From assembly GCA_016188495.1 (NCBI GenBank), contig JACPHU010000013.1, positions 5,498 to 69,497 on the forward strand: a stretch of DNA of 64,000 bases. Reading direction: 5' to 3'. Below the pieces are notes generated by a model. That model saw nothing but the letters and a program-made list of their open reading frames with translations, had not been told where the DNA came from and did not search any database. How positions within the stretch are numbered: position 1 is the stretch's first letter; each line of letters begins with the position of its first letter. The position numbers and the translations under genes are program-made. Positions 18,182 to 28,088 of the stretch are shown in pieces. This DNA is from Candidatus Uhrbacteria bacterium. GTDB lineage: Bacteria > Patescibacteriota > Patescibacteriia > UBA9934 > GWF2-40-263.

Positions 18182-19072
18182 ATGAAGTTACACATCGTCG
18201 AACATCGAAATCGTTGGTTTCTTTTTTCCGGGGTTCTTATTTTAGGAAGTTTTTTAGCGCTTGGACTTTTTGGCTTGAAATTGGGTATTGATTTTACAGG
18301 AGGAAGTCTTATCGAAGTTCAAGCACAACAAGCGCTTAATTCAGAACAAATACGTTCTGAATTGGCAAATGGGGGATATAACGTCACAGTACAAATAACG
18401 GATAAGAACACTCTTCTTATCAGGACAAAAGATTTGAATAATGAGGAGCATGAAAAACTTCTTACCAGTCTTTCTGCCATTGTGGGTTCTGTAGACGAGC
18501 TGCGTTTTGATTCCATCGGTTCTGTCGTAGGGGGAGAATTGAGAAAAACAGCTGTAACGGGACTCATTTTAATTCTTGTTTTGATTGGATTGTATATTGC
18601 TTGGGCTTTTCGGAAAGTATCCGGACCGATCGCTTCCTGGAAATACGGAGTTTTGACCGTGTTAACAGCTTTTCATGACGTGATTGTTCCGTTGGGTGTT
18701 TTTGCCCTATTGGGTCACTTTATGGATTGGGAAATCGATATTACTTTTGTTGCAGCGATCCTCACCATTTTGGGTTATTCTATTAATGATACCGTTGTGG
18801 TATTTGATCGTACTCGAGAAAACTTAACGAAAAAAGTTGGAAATTCTTTTGAAGAAACTGTGGAATTAAGTATTGAACAAACGTTTGCTCGTTCTCTCAG
18901 TACGAGCATGACAACGCTGTTGGCTCTTTTCGCCATTTTTATTTTCGGAGGAGATACTACTAAACCTTTTGCTTTGGCTCTTATTATAGGAATTGCGGTA
19001 GGGGCCTATTCATCTATTTTCGTTGCGAGTCCTGCGTTGGTAGAGTGGGAATTGCGAAACAAAAAGAAATAA
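18182..19072 (+). CDS. secF: Protein translocase subunit SecF
   Basis: LGIDFTGG and GYSINDTVVVFDRTRE. Confidence 0.97.
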   Translation: MKLHIVEHRNRWFLFSGVLILGSFLALGLFGLKLGIDFTGGSLIEVQAQQALNSEQIRSELANGGYNVTVQITDKNTLLIRTKDLNNEEHEKLLTSLSAIVGSVDELRFDSIGSVVGGELRKTAVTGLILILVLIGLYIAWAFRKVSGPIASWKYGVLTVLTAFHDVIVPLGVFALLGHFMDWEIDITFVAAILTILGYSINDTVVVFDRTRENLTKKVGNSFEETVELSIEQTFARSLSTSMTTLLALFAIFIFGGDTTKPFALALIIGIAVGAYSSIFVASPALVEWELRNKKK

Positions 19073-19085
19073 ACAGTCCTCTTTC

Positions 19086-19113
19086 AAAAAACTGGGTTGC
19101 AACCCAGTTTTTT
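19086..19113. terminator. Terminator after secDF
   Basis: AAAAAACTGGG-TTGCAA-CCCAGTTTTTT. Confidence 0.75.
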
Positions 19114-19133
19114 GATATACTAGAAACTAACGT

Positions 19134-20696
19134 ATGCTTTCACTTTTTGCTATTCCTATTGTAAGCCAGGCGACAGGGTTTGCCTCAGGAACTTCTTCTT
19201 ATTTTTTACAACCTCTGGATGCTATTCTTTTTGATATTCTGATTTGGTTTGGTTGGATTCCTATCGTGATGACGTTAGGTTGGGGTTTTACACAGATGTG
19301 GTTAGATTACCGACGAGGACTTTATTCTGCAAAGTTGAAGTATATTCTTTTGGCGGTCGATGTTCCGACAATGACAGAACAAACACCAAAAGCTCTCGAG
19401 AATTTTTTTGCGTCTATTTACGGAACCAAATCTTCTATTACATGGAAGGAAAAGTGGATTGGAGGAAAGTTACATCCGGTTTTTTCTTTCGAAATTATTT
19501 CGACAGAAGGGTATATTCGTTTTCTTATTCGTACACAGGCACGTTTTCGAGATGTGATGGAAGCCGGTATTTATGCTCATTATCCAGACGCAGAAATTTC
19601 TGAAGTGGAAGATTACGCCAAATCATTTCCTAACGAATTTCCAAATGATGAGTATGAAATGTGGGGTGGGGAAATGACGTTTGATAAGCCTTCCATGTAC
19701 CCAATCCGAACCTATATTGATTTTGAGGATCGGATGACGCAAGAAATCAAAGATCCTTTAGGACTCACGTTGGAACAGTTGGCTAAAATGCGGCCAGGAG
19801 AACATTTTTGGATTCAAATTTTGGTTCAGCCTTCCAGTAACGATTGGGCAAAGGCGAGTGTCAAGCATGTTCGTAAAATTTACGGAGATGAAGATGCTCC
19901 TAAAAAGAGTCTTATTGCTTCAACATTTGAATCTGTTATCGCTTGGCCGACCGGTTTATTGAATGAAACGTTAGGAATCGATTTAAGCGGTTTATTGTCA
20001 TCCGGAACTCAGGTAAAGGAAGTAGATCCTTGGAAGACGTTTAAAATTACTCTTCCGCAAAAAGATGAAGCCGAGGCTATTTTGCGCAAAGCAACAAAAG
20101 TCGGTTATGGAGTGAAACTTCGTATTCTGTATGTTGCGCGAAAAAGCGTTTTTCAAAAAGTCGAACGAACAGGAATGGTGAAGGGAATTTTAAATCAGTA
20201 CAGCCATTTGAATTTTAATAAATTCGCTCTGTATATTCCTCAGGTTCCTAAGGATGATTATTTTTGGATGCGTTGGGAATATACCCAAAAACAACACCGC
20301 TTAATGACCGGTTATCAGAAACGAAGCTGGGGAATCGGTGCAAATCCTATCTGGTTGAATGTTGAAGAACTGGCAACTCTTTGGCACTTCCCAACCATTA
20401 CGATGAAAGCTCCGCTTGTGAAGAAGAGTGAGTCTAAACGCGGAGAGCCACCTGTTGGACTTCCTATCACCTTTTTAGAAGACACACTTCCAGGATTTAT
20501 TCCTCCTAAGACAGAGGAACAAAAACAGAATTATTTTCCTGAATTTGAAGAAGAATCGGAGAAAAAATTAGAACCAGAAAGCTCTTCAGAATCGACAGAT
20601 CCGTTTGAAGATCTTGTTCAACCAGTTCTTCCTCGTCAAACGTTTAAAAAATCTTTAGAAGATGATGATGTTGTTCCTCCGAATCTTCCTGTTTAG
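19134..20696 (+). CDS. Membrane-anchored hypothetical protein, partner of the VirD4-like ATPase
   Basis: N-terminal TM segment, FSFEI, YAHYPDAEISEVEDY, LNVEELATLWHFP; resembles the N-terminal region often fused to CPR VirD4/TraG-like ATPases (recalled, not searched). Confidence 0.65.
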   Translation: MLSLFAIPIVSQATGFASGTSSYFLQPLDAILFDILIWFGWIPIVMTLGWGFTQMWLDYRRGLYSAKLKYILLAVDVPTMTEQTPKALENFFASIYGTKSSITWKEKWIGGKLHPVFSFEIISTEGYIRFLIRTQARFRDVMEAGIYAHYPDAEISEVEDYAKSFPNEFPNDEYEMWGGEMTFDKPSMYPIRTYIDFEDRMTQEIKDPLGLTLEQLAKMRPGEHFWIQILVQPSSNDWAKASVKHVRKIYGDEDAPKKSLIASTFESVIAWPTGLLNETLGIDLSGLLSSGTQVKEVDPWKTFKITLPQKDEAEAILRKATKVGYGVKLRILYVARKSVFQKVERTGMVKGILNQYSHLNFNKFALYIPQVPKDDYFWMRWEYTQKQHRLMTGYQKRSWGIGANPIWLNVEELATLWHFPTITMKAPLVKKSESKRGEPPVGLPITFLEDTLPGFIPPKTEEQKQNYFPEFEEESEKKLEPESSSESTDPFEDLVQPVLPRQTFKKSLEDDDVVPPNLPV

Positions 20697-20725
20697 AGAT
20701 CTTTCGTTCATCTTTCAACAATCAC

Positions 20726-22885
20726 ATGTCTTACAATCACGACCATGAAAACGAAGTAAATTACTTCGCCAAGACCAATTTCCGAAATCAAATGACAAAA
20801 TTCGGAATTAAGACGGATGATCGTCGCCGACATGTCTATGTGATCGGAAAGACAGGTATGGGAAAAACGACCCTCCTGGAGAATTTTATTTTATCTGATA
20901 TTTACGCTGGGCACGGATGCTGTTATGTAGATCCTCATGGAGACACTGCTGAAAAATTGATCAATTACATTCCAAGTTGGAGACTCAATGACGTGGTGTA
21001 TTTCAATCCCGCGGACATGGATTATCCTGTTGGATTTAATATTCTTGAAGCGGTAAGCGAACGTCATAAACATCTTGTCGCCTCAGGAATGATGGGGGTC
21101 TTTCAAAAAATATGGGAAAACATGTGGTCTTCACGCATGGAGTATATTTTAAATAACACCATTCTTGCTCTCTTGGATAATCCTGGACAGACACTGCTTG
21201 GAATTAACCGAATGCTTTCTGACGCTGATTTTCGAAAACGTATTATCGGAAACGTCAAAGATCCTGTGGTTCGTCAGTTTTGGTTAAAGGAGTTTGCTTC
21301 TTATAACGATAAGTATGCCCAGGAAGCCGTAGCTCCTATTCAAAATAAGATCGGACAATTCCTTTCAGCGACCGTTATTAGAAATATCGTTGCCCAAGTC
21401 AAGTCTTCTATTAATGTTCGGGAAATCATGGATAGCGAGAAAATTTTTATTATCAATCTTTCGAAAGGACGTATCGGTGAAGATAATTCTCGGTTATTGG
21501 GAGGACTTCTTATTACGAAAATTCAGTTATCAGCGATGGAACGTGTTGATACGCCAGAAAAAGAACGAAAAGATTTTTACTTATACGTCGACGAATTTCA
21601 AAATTTTGCCGTTGAATCTTTCGCGAGTATTTTATCTGAGGCTCGTAAGTACCGTTTGTGTCTAACCATGGCGCATCAATATATTGCCCAATTAACAGAA
21701 GAGGTGCGCGATGCGGTGTTTGGAAACGTTGGTACTATCATTACGTTTCGTGTTGGTTCCCCCGACGCTGTTTTTATGGAGGCAGAGTTCATGCCACGGT
21801 TTACTCCAGAAGACATTATTAATCTTCCAAAGTTTAACGTTTATCTCAAACTGCTTATTGAAGGGGTTACGAGTCAGCCTTTTTCTGCCATGACGCTTTC
21901 GCCTATTGCTCAAGTGACCCATTCCGAAGAAAAAGTCATCAAGATTTCTCGTGAGCGTTATGCCAAACCTAGAGCTGAAATCGAAGAGAAGATTCTGCAA
22001 TGGAGCGGTATGGAGAATACGGATATGGAGACGCTTTTGAAAGAGGCTGAACAGAAGAAAAAAGACCAGAAAGAAAGTAAGAAACCACGATTTGAATATA
22101 AGTGTTCTCGTTGCGGTAAAGATGTTGTATTACCTGTTGAACTCGATCGATCTCGACCTATTTATTGTGATGACTGTATTGCTATTGTTCGGGATGAGCG
22201 CAAAACTGGTAAAAAACCTTTTGTTAAACCACCTTTTCCTCCTAAGCCTTCGGAAGGACAATCGGTTGAAAAGCTTCCTGAGGAGCCTTCTATCACGTTA
22301 AGCACGCTGCGAAAGCCTTCTATTTCGGCTCCGGTTTCGGTTCCTAAATCCGTCGTCGTGCCTTCAAGAACACCTGCACCTGCAACACCTGCACCTGCAA
22401 CACCTGCACCTGCAACACCTGCACCTGCAACACCTGCACCTGCAACACCTGCACCTGCAACACCTGCACCTGCAACACCTGCACCTGCAACACCTGCACC
22501 TGCACAACGTTCTTCAGTGGCAAGTCATTCATACACGTGTTCTGATTGTACACGCACGTTTAGCGCCGGAGTGAAACTTGATCCTAGTCGTTCGTTGTAC
22601 TGCCAAGAGTGTTTAGAAAAAATTCGCGCGAAGCGTAAAGAACATCCTGTTGAAAAAAAACAAGAAGCCAATCACCCAAGGCTTGTTACCAGTTCGGTGG
22701 TCCAAAGTAGCTTATCGCAACAGACCGATGACGTTACAAAAAAGAAACGTAAACGTAAAAGAAAAAATAAACAGACAGAGACTGTGCCTTCTGTTCATAC
22801 AGAGTCGATGTCTCCTAAAAAACCTGAACCTCCTCAAGAAAAATTGGGAACGCTAAAAACAGGACAAACCGTTCATTTTGATTAA
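20726..22885 (+). CDS. VirD4/TraG/TrwB-like P-loop ATPase with two CxxC-x17-CxxC domains and a TPAPA repeat
   Basis: RRRHVYVIGKTGMGKT (Walker A), DPHGD, YVDEFQNF (Walker B), SEARKY and HQY..Q. Confidence 0.85.
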   Translation: MSYNHDHENEVNYFAKTNFRNQMTKFGIKTDDRRRHVYVIGKTGMGKTTLLENFILSDIYAGHGCCYVDPHGDTAEKLINYIPSWRLNDVVYFNPADMDYPVGFNILEAVSERHKHLVASGMMGVFQKIWENMWSSRMEYILNNTILALLDNPGQTLLGINRMLSDADFRKRIIGNVKDPVVRQFWLKEFASYNDKYAQEAVAPIQNKIGQFLSATVIRNIVAQVKSSINVREIMDSEKIFIINLSKGRIGEDNSRLLGGLLITKIQLSAMERVDTPEKERKDFYLYVDEFQNFAVESFASILSEARKYRLCLTMAHQYIAQLTEEVRDAVFGNVGTIITFRVGSPDAVFMEAEFMPRFTPEDIINLPKFNVYLKLLIEGVTSQPFSAMTLSPIAQVTHSEEKVIKISRERYAKPRAEIEEKILQWSGMENTDMETLLKEAEQKKKDQKESKKPRFEYKCSRCGKDVVLPVELDRSRPIYCDDCIAIVRDERKTGKKPFVKPPFPPKPSEGQSVEKLPEEPSITLSTLRKPSISAPVSVPKSVVVPSRTPAPATPAPATPAPATPAPATPAPATPAPATPAPATPAPATPAPAQRSSVASHSYTCSDCTRTFSAGVKLDPSRSLYCQECLEKIRAKRKEHPVEKKQEANHPRLVTSSVVQSSLSQQTDDVTKKKRKRKRKNKQTETVPSVHTESMSPKKPEPPQEKLGTLKTGQTVHFD
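22370..22504 (+). repeat. Perfect coding tandem repeat, 9 x ACACCTGCACCTGCA (TPAPA x9)
   Basis: Direct reading: 135 bp with no mismatches. Confidence 0.97.
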
Positions 22886-22887
22886 GT

Positions 22888-23688
22888 ATGAATGTTTTTC
22901 AAGCGTTCGTTCTGGGTCTTGTCCAAGGTATTGGAGAGTTTCTTCCGATTTCTAGTTCCGGTTTTCTGATTCTTGTTCCAAAACTGTTTGGTTGGCAGGT
23001 TCAAAGTTTGGCCTTTGACGCTTTTTTGCATATTGCCACGCTCACCGCCACCATCGCGGCATTGTGGCCCGAGGTGAACATCATGTTGCGAGCATTATTT
23101 TTATCCAAAAAACAAGATGAAACCTCGCAACAGTGGCGCAATCTCATCTTATGGATTGTCTGCGCGTTTATTCCTGTGGCTCTTTTTGGATTGATCTTTC
23201 AACATTTCATTGAAGATTATTTCCGTTCCGAAAAAACCGTTGCCATTTCTTTGATTGTCTGGGGAATTGTTTTGTATATTGCCGATAGGCGAGCCAATCA
23301 AAAAATAGATTCCGTAACCCGCGTAGGATTATCTCGTGCGTTTATCATCGGTTGTGCTCAAGTCATCGCCCTTATTCCAGGAACATCGCGTTCTGGAATT
23401 ACCATTACGGCAGGATTATTTTCAGGTCTTTCTCGCGAATCTGCTGCTCGGTTTTCTTTTCTGCTTGCTATTCCTACGGTAGCAGCAGCAGGATTGTTTA
23501 AGTTAGGAGATGTTATTGAAGGTGGGGCAGTCATAGGATGGGTTCCTCTTGTTGTTGGTTTTTTAACAGCGACGATTAGCGGATTTCTTACGGTTCGTTT
23601 TCTTTTACAATTTTTAAAACGTTCTACTTTTAGCGAGTTTGCTCTTTTTCGTATTTTCATTGGAGTGTTTATTCTTCTTTTGATTTAA
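22888..23688 (+). CDS. uppP: Undecaprenyl-diphosphatase
   Basis: GLVQGIGEFLPISSS, PGTSRSG and AARFSFLL. Confidence 0.95.
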   Translation: MNVFQAFVLGLVQGIGEFLPISSSGFLILVPKLFGWQVQSLAFDAFLHIATLTATIAALWPEVNIMLRALFLSKKQDETSQQWRNLILWIVCAFIPVALFGLIFQHFIEDYFRSEKTVAISLIVWGIVLYIADRRANQKIDSVTRVGLSRAFIIGCAQVIALIPGTSRSGITITAGLFSGLSRESAARFSFLLAIPTVAAAGLFKLGDVIEGGAVIGWVPLVVGFLTATISGFLTVRFLLQFLKRSTFSEFALFRIFIGVFILLLI

Positions 23689-23695
23689 ATGGTGT

Positions 23696-25024
23696 ATGAA
23701 CCCCTACGAAATTCGAGATTCCATTCATAAACATATTGGGTTTAATGCATTTGAACGGGGGATTATCGATCACCCGTTTTTTCAACGATTGCGTTTTATC
23801 TCGCAATTAGGATTTATAGAAGCGTATGTTTATCCGGGAGCCTGTCATGATCGCTTTACCCACGCACTTGGCGCCATGCATGTCGCCGGCCGATTATGGG
23901 GCAGAATAATCGCGTCTACAGATCTTTTTACAAACAGATTATCCAAAGAGGAACTGGAGGCGCTAAGACAACGTGTGCGTTTGGCCGGCTTATTACACGA
24001 CATTGGACATGGTCCGTTTTCTCATGCTTCCGAAGTCATTTTTCCTTCGTTGACGTCATTGCCTCTTGATTGGTCTTGGTGGTATGAAATGCCTGTTAGT
24101 CGCCAAGCCGTTCACGAAGATTATAGCGTTTTGTTAATCCAAACGCTTGCACAGGAGCATCTTTTGGAACAAACGATGGCTCAAGATATTTGTTCTTTAA
24201 TCCATTCCGGTGTTCAGCCATCCTCCGCATTAAGGACGATAGAAAAAAAGATTCCGAGTTTGCAAAAAGTGCTTAAGGGCTTGATTTCAGGAGAGGTGGA
24301 TTGCGATCGCATGGATTATCTCTTGCGAGACGGGTATTACTGCGGAGTCGCTTACGGCCAGTACGATATAGACTGGTTGATTTCTTCCATGGGGGTGCAG
24401 GAGTATCGAGGGGAATTGGTTTTTACTCTTTCAGAAAACGGTGTCCGGGCGTTTGAGGATTTTCTTTTGGCTCGCTATCACATGATCGACCAGGTGTATT
24501 GCCATAAAACCAAGATGGGACTTACGCACTATTTGGAACAAGCTATTTTGCTGGGTGAGATAAGCTTGAACATTCCAACAGATCCGTATGCGTACGCAGC
24601 TCTTCATGATGGAGCTGTGATTGAACAATTATTTGAGGCCAGCAAAAATGAAACGAATTATTATTCTTTTCATTTAATGCACCGTCTGCCTGCCAAGAGG
24701 ATTTTGCGTTTGCATGAAAAAGTTGAACCTAAGGATCAACAGACATTAGAAAAATTACAGCACATCTGTGATCGTTCAGGTATCCGTTGGTTCACACATT
24801 CCATTGAAAAGGAATTAACTCATTTGGGTGAGGATATAAAGAAAACTCAGGAAATTTTTGTAAAGAAACATCGTGTAAGTGGACACGAATTGGTTCCCAT
24901 TTTCGAATATTCGGATTTAGTGAAAAAATACAATGAAAAGCTTCAAATCACCGATTTTTTCGTTTATAGGGAAGATCTCGTTCTTTTTGAGGAACAGTTA
25001 AAAAATAATCCTGATATCTCTTGA
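23696..25024 (+). CDS. HD-domain phosphohydrolase, SAMHD1-like dNTPase family
   Basis: FQRLR.ISQLG, YPGACHDRFTHALG, LLHDIGHGPFSH and DCDRMDYLLRD. Confidence 0.85.
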   Translation: MNPYEIRDSIHKHIGFNAFERGIIDHPFFQRLRFISQLGFIEAYVYPGACHDRFTHALGAMHVAGRLWGRIIASTDLFTNRLSKEELEALRQRVRLAGLLHDIGHGPFSHASEVIFPSLTSLPLDWSWWYEMPVSRQAVHEDYSVLLIQTLAQEHLLEQTMAQDICSLIHSGVQPSSALRTIEKKIPSLQKVLKGLISGEVDCDRMDYLLRDGYYCGVAYGQYDIDWLISSMGVQEYRGELVFTLSENGVRAFEDFLLARYHMIDQVYCHKTKMGLTHYLEQAILLGEISLNIPTDPYAYAALHDGAVIEQLFEASKNETNYYSFHLMHRLPAKRILRLHEKVEPKDQQTLEKLQHICDRSGIRWFTHSIEKELTHLGEDIKKTQEIFVKKHRVSGHELVPIFEYSDLVKKYNEKLQITDFFVYREDLVLFEEQLKNNPDIS

Positions 25025-25056
25025 TTTTTCTTTCTTTTTTGCTATTCTTTTTTCTT

Positions 25057-26145
25057 ATGCCAAAAAAGAAGGTGCTTCTTGGAATGTCCGGGGGAGTGGA
25101 TTCAAGTGTTTCCGCTGGTTTGTTGTTGGAGAGTGGATATGAGGTGATAGGAGCCTTCATGAAGAATTGGTCAGGTTCGGTGTGTGGGCCAAGACAGACA
25201 GATACGGGTGAGGTTGGGGAGATGTTTCAGGAATGCGGTTGGAAAGATGAACGCCGAGATGCGGCTCGCGTTGCGGCTAAATTAGATATTCCCTTTGTCA
25301 CGTTCGACTTCGAGAAAGACTATCGTAGAGATGTCGTTGAATATCTGTTTCGTGAATTTGAAGCAGGAAGGACGCCTAATCCGGATGTGATGTGTAATAA
25401 ATATATTAAGTTTGAACGTTTTATTGAGGAAGCCGACCGACTGGGATGTGAATATGTGGCCACAGGACATTATGCCAGAGAACGAAAGGGTCTTTTATAT
25501 ACAGCAGCGGATTCAAACAAAGATCAAACCTATTTTCTTTGGGCGATTAATCCAAAGGTTGTTTCTCGGATTCTGTTTCCCATAGGAGAGATGATTAAAC
25601 CAGAGGTTCGAAAAAAAGCGGAGGAATTTGGACTTGAAGTTGCACACAAAAAAGACTCAACAGGAATTTGTTTTGTGGGTGAAGTTGATATGCGTACCTT
25701 TCTTCAGGAACGTCTCCCAAAAGATCCAGGTCACGTAATTACTCTGGAAGGGGAAAAGATCGGCACACATGAGGGAGTTTCTTTTTATACGATCGGACAA
25801 CGCCATGGTCTGAGTATCGGAGGAGGGACTCCTTACTATGTGGTTGAAAAGCGTCCCCAGACAAAAGAACTTGTCGTTTCAAGTAATTTTCATCCTGCGC
25901 TTTTTAAGACCCAGCTCACAGCAACACAATTAAATTGGTTTGAAAAACCGATATCTCCTTTTCGATGTTTCGCTCGTATCCGCCATCGTCAACCGTTACA
26001 ACCATGTCAGATCGAATTGATTCCTATCGGTGGAGTAGAAGGTGTTTCCGTTTTATTTGATGAACCTCAACGAGCTGTAACCCCAGGTCAATCTATTGTT
26101 TTTTACGATGGGGATAAAGTATTAGGTGGGGGAATTATAGAATAA
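25057..26145 (+). CDS. mnmA: tRNA 2-thiouridine(34) synthase
   Basis: MSGGVDSS, TPNPDVMCN, ATGHY, KDQTYFL, DSTGICF and TPGQ. Confidence 0.97.
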   Translation: MPKKKVLLGMSGGVDSSVSAGLLLESGYEVIGAFMKNWSGSVCGPRQTDTGEVGEMFQECGWKDERRDAARVAAKLDIPFVTFDFEKDYRRDVVEYLFREFEAGRTPNPDVMCNKYIKFERFIEEADRLGCEYVATGHYARERKGLLYTAADSNKDQTYFLWAINPKVVSRILFPIGEMIKPEVRKKAEEFGLEVAHKKDSTGICFVGEVDMRTFLQERLPKDPGHVITLEGEKIGTHEGVSFYTIGQRHGLSIGGGTPYYVVEKRPQTKELVVSSNFHPALFKTQLTATQLNWFEKPISPFRCFARIRHRQPLQPCQIELIPIGGVEGVSVLFDEPQRAVTPGQSIVFYDGDKVLGGGIIE

Positions 26146-26222
26146 CGTAAGTCAAACGCTCGTGTGGATAGACGAAAAAATGAAAAAATCACCCATAAAT
26201 TGGGTGATTTGCGTTTTATGCG

Positions 26223-27104
26223 TTATACATTTAGCAGATTCAGAAACGGGATCAACGAATCGCTGGCAAGGATAAGTGTGATCCGATCCCACATAGATGC
26301 GAGATTTCCTTCTCGAAAATCAGCGAGCTTACGATCCAGTTCGTTGGGAGGCACGATCAGGACATTGAAACTGTCCGTTCCCATCATGTGGACATCAACG
26401 ACCGAGTCGCCCATGACCAGCAGATTTTCTCCGTCAATTTTTCCTACCTCACGAAATCGTTCTACAGCACACTTCTTTGTGTGACTGGCAACCAGATTGA
26501 TATGGCATCCATGAACCCGGTTCTCTTCATTAAACTTTAAACGAGAAGCAGCGACTGACGTGGGATGAACCTGATGGTGTTCAACCCAATCTTGGATCAG
26601 CTGTTCTATTCCGAAGGTGATAATAACTCGCTTTTCCATCGCTTGCAGAAGTTCAAGTGCCCCTTCTCTTGGGTGGAGTGTTTTTGCCACCTCTGCGATT
26701 TGAGCGCGGGTGATACGAGCTTCGCTGTAAAGTCGAATGGTTTCGGCGATCCAAGCGCCGTCCATCACCTTCAAATTTTCAGGATAGAATCCTCCATGGA
26801 ACCAATCTGGATCTTCCAGGTCGACGAGATCCGGTCGGATGGGTTGTTCGTGTTTTTGTTTCCAATAGATAGCCCGATTTTCCTCATCTTGCGCTGCCAG
26901 AGAGGGGGGCATGAGCGTAGAAGTCGCCTTCCATTGGCTGCCTGGAATCAAGGTTCCGTCAAAATCGAAGGCTCCATGATAAATGCGTCGTGCACGCTCA
27001 AAGAGTTTATGGAGAGGGATTCGGCTGATGAGAGGCGTATCGCCGCACTCGACCATTTTTAGAGCATTTGATAACGAATAGGCACAGACTATTTTTTCGA
27101 TCAT
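26223..27104 (-). CDS. HAD-superfamily hydrolase
   Basis: FDFDGT motif I, ITFG, K and MGDSVVD motif IV; AGGAG SD. Confidence 0.75.
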   Translation of the reverse strand: MIEKIVCAYSLSNALKMVECGDTPLISRIPLHKLFERARRIYHGAFDFDGTLIPGSQWKATSTLMPPSLAAQDEENRAIYWKQKHEQPIRPDLVDLEDPDWFHGGFYPENLKVMDGAWIAETIRLYSEARITRAQIAEVAKTLHPREGALELLQAMEKRVIITFGIEQLIQDWVEHHQVHPTSVAASRLKFNEENRVHGCHINLVASHTKKCAVERFREVGKIDGENLLVMGDSVVDVHMMGTDSFNVLIVPPNELDRKLADFREGNLASMWDRITLILASDSLIPFLNLLNV

Positions 27105-27163
27105 GGTTTTCTCCTGTTCTGTGTTGATGTGAAATGAGCAAGGTCAGATTTTAGCAGTTTTTT

Positions 27164-27778
27164 TCAATAAGTCAATGCATTCGTCCATTGGTAAAAGTCT
27201 GCAGAATCTCCCGCCATCAAATTGACATCAAGGGACTCGTGGGAGACAGGAGGTGTTTCGTGGATTGAATAAGGAGCCGACTGTGTGAAACGTTCCTTTG
27301 TTTGGCGTAAATGCGTTTCTACAGAATTCATAAGCGGGATCACATGGATTGTTTCAAGAAAATCGTAATTGATGAAGGAAGCCATTGCGTCAGAAAGGAC
27401 ATGCTCTGTGTTGTTTGTTTTAATTATTAAAGGAGTTTGTGCGGATGTTTTTGCCAAGATCCTTCCTTTGATGAGTCGGATGATCAGTTCGTCTTTGTAT
27501 AGTCGTTCTAATTCGATAGAAGTATTTTTTGAAAGCCAGATGATTGTCTGAGCTTGATCTGCTTGTGCAAGCTCTTCACCTATGTTTAGTTGAATAAAAC
27601 CCTCCACTGTTTCAACTAAAGATCCTCGCTGTAAACCTTCTCCAAATCCATACCCAGCGTCTTCACCAGCTCCAGCGGTGATACGAACGGGGAGTTCTTT
27701 AGGAAGTGAAAAACGTTGGACAATGAGTAATCCAACGACAAAGCAGAATAATATGACTGTAAGGATTTTGAGAGACAT
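27164..27778 (-). CDS. Membrane-anchored hypothetical protein (weakly FecR-like)
   Basis: N-terminal TM segment; IWLSKNTSIEL..IRLIKGRI beta-rich pattern. Confidence 0.55.
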   Translation of the reverse strand: MSLKILTVILFCFVVGLLIVQRFSLPKELPVRITAGAGEDAGYGFGEGLQRGSLVETVEGFIQLNIGEELAQADQAQTIIWLSKNTSIELERLYKDELIIRLIKGRILAKTSAQTPLIIKTNNTEHVLSDAMASFINYDFLETIHVIPLMNSVETHLRQTKERFTQSAPYSIHETPPVSHESLDVNLMAGDSADFYQWTNALTY

Positions 27779-27818
27779 GTTAAAATTTTAGCATCTAATT
27801 ACCTACGATTCTAGCAGT

Positions 27819-28085
27819 ATGCTTTATTTTTACTACGGAGAAGAATGTCCGCATTGTCACCACATGATGCCTCTTATTGATAAATTGATTGAAGAAGGAA
27901 AAGAAATCCAAAAAAAGGAAACCTGGCATAGTGAAGAAAATGCTCAACATTTTGAAAAAGCAGATAACGGTAAATGCGGTGGAGTCCCATTTTTTCTCAA
28001 TACGGATTCAGGCCAATCGATTTGTGGCGCTACCACAGAGGAACGTGTGAGAGCATGGGCGAACGGAGAAACACTTAGCCAATAG
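27819..28085 (+). CDS. Small thioredoxin/glutaredoxin-fold protein
   Basis: CPHC and GVPF motifs. Confidence 0.8.
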   Translation: MLYFYYGEECPHCHHMMPLIDKLIEEGKEIQKKETWHSEENAQHFEKADNGKCGGVPFFLNTDSGQSICGATTEERVRAWANGETLSQ

Positions 28086-28088
28086 TGT

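Noticed and set aside
22344-22553. Minus-strand ORF with QVQVL repeats
   Set aside because: By-product of the stop-free 15-bp repeat within the ATPase gene.
19134-22885. Integrative conjugative element
   Set aside because: No integrase, relaxase, virB4 or att repeats; flanked directly by secF and uppP.
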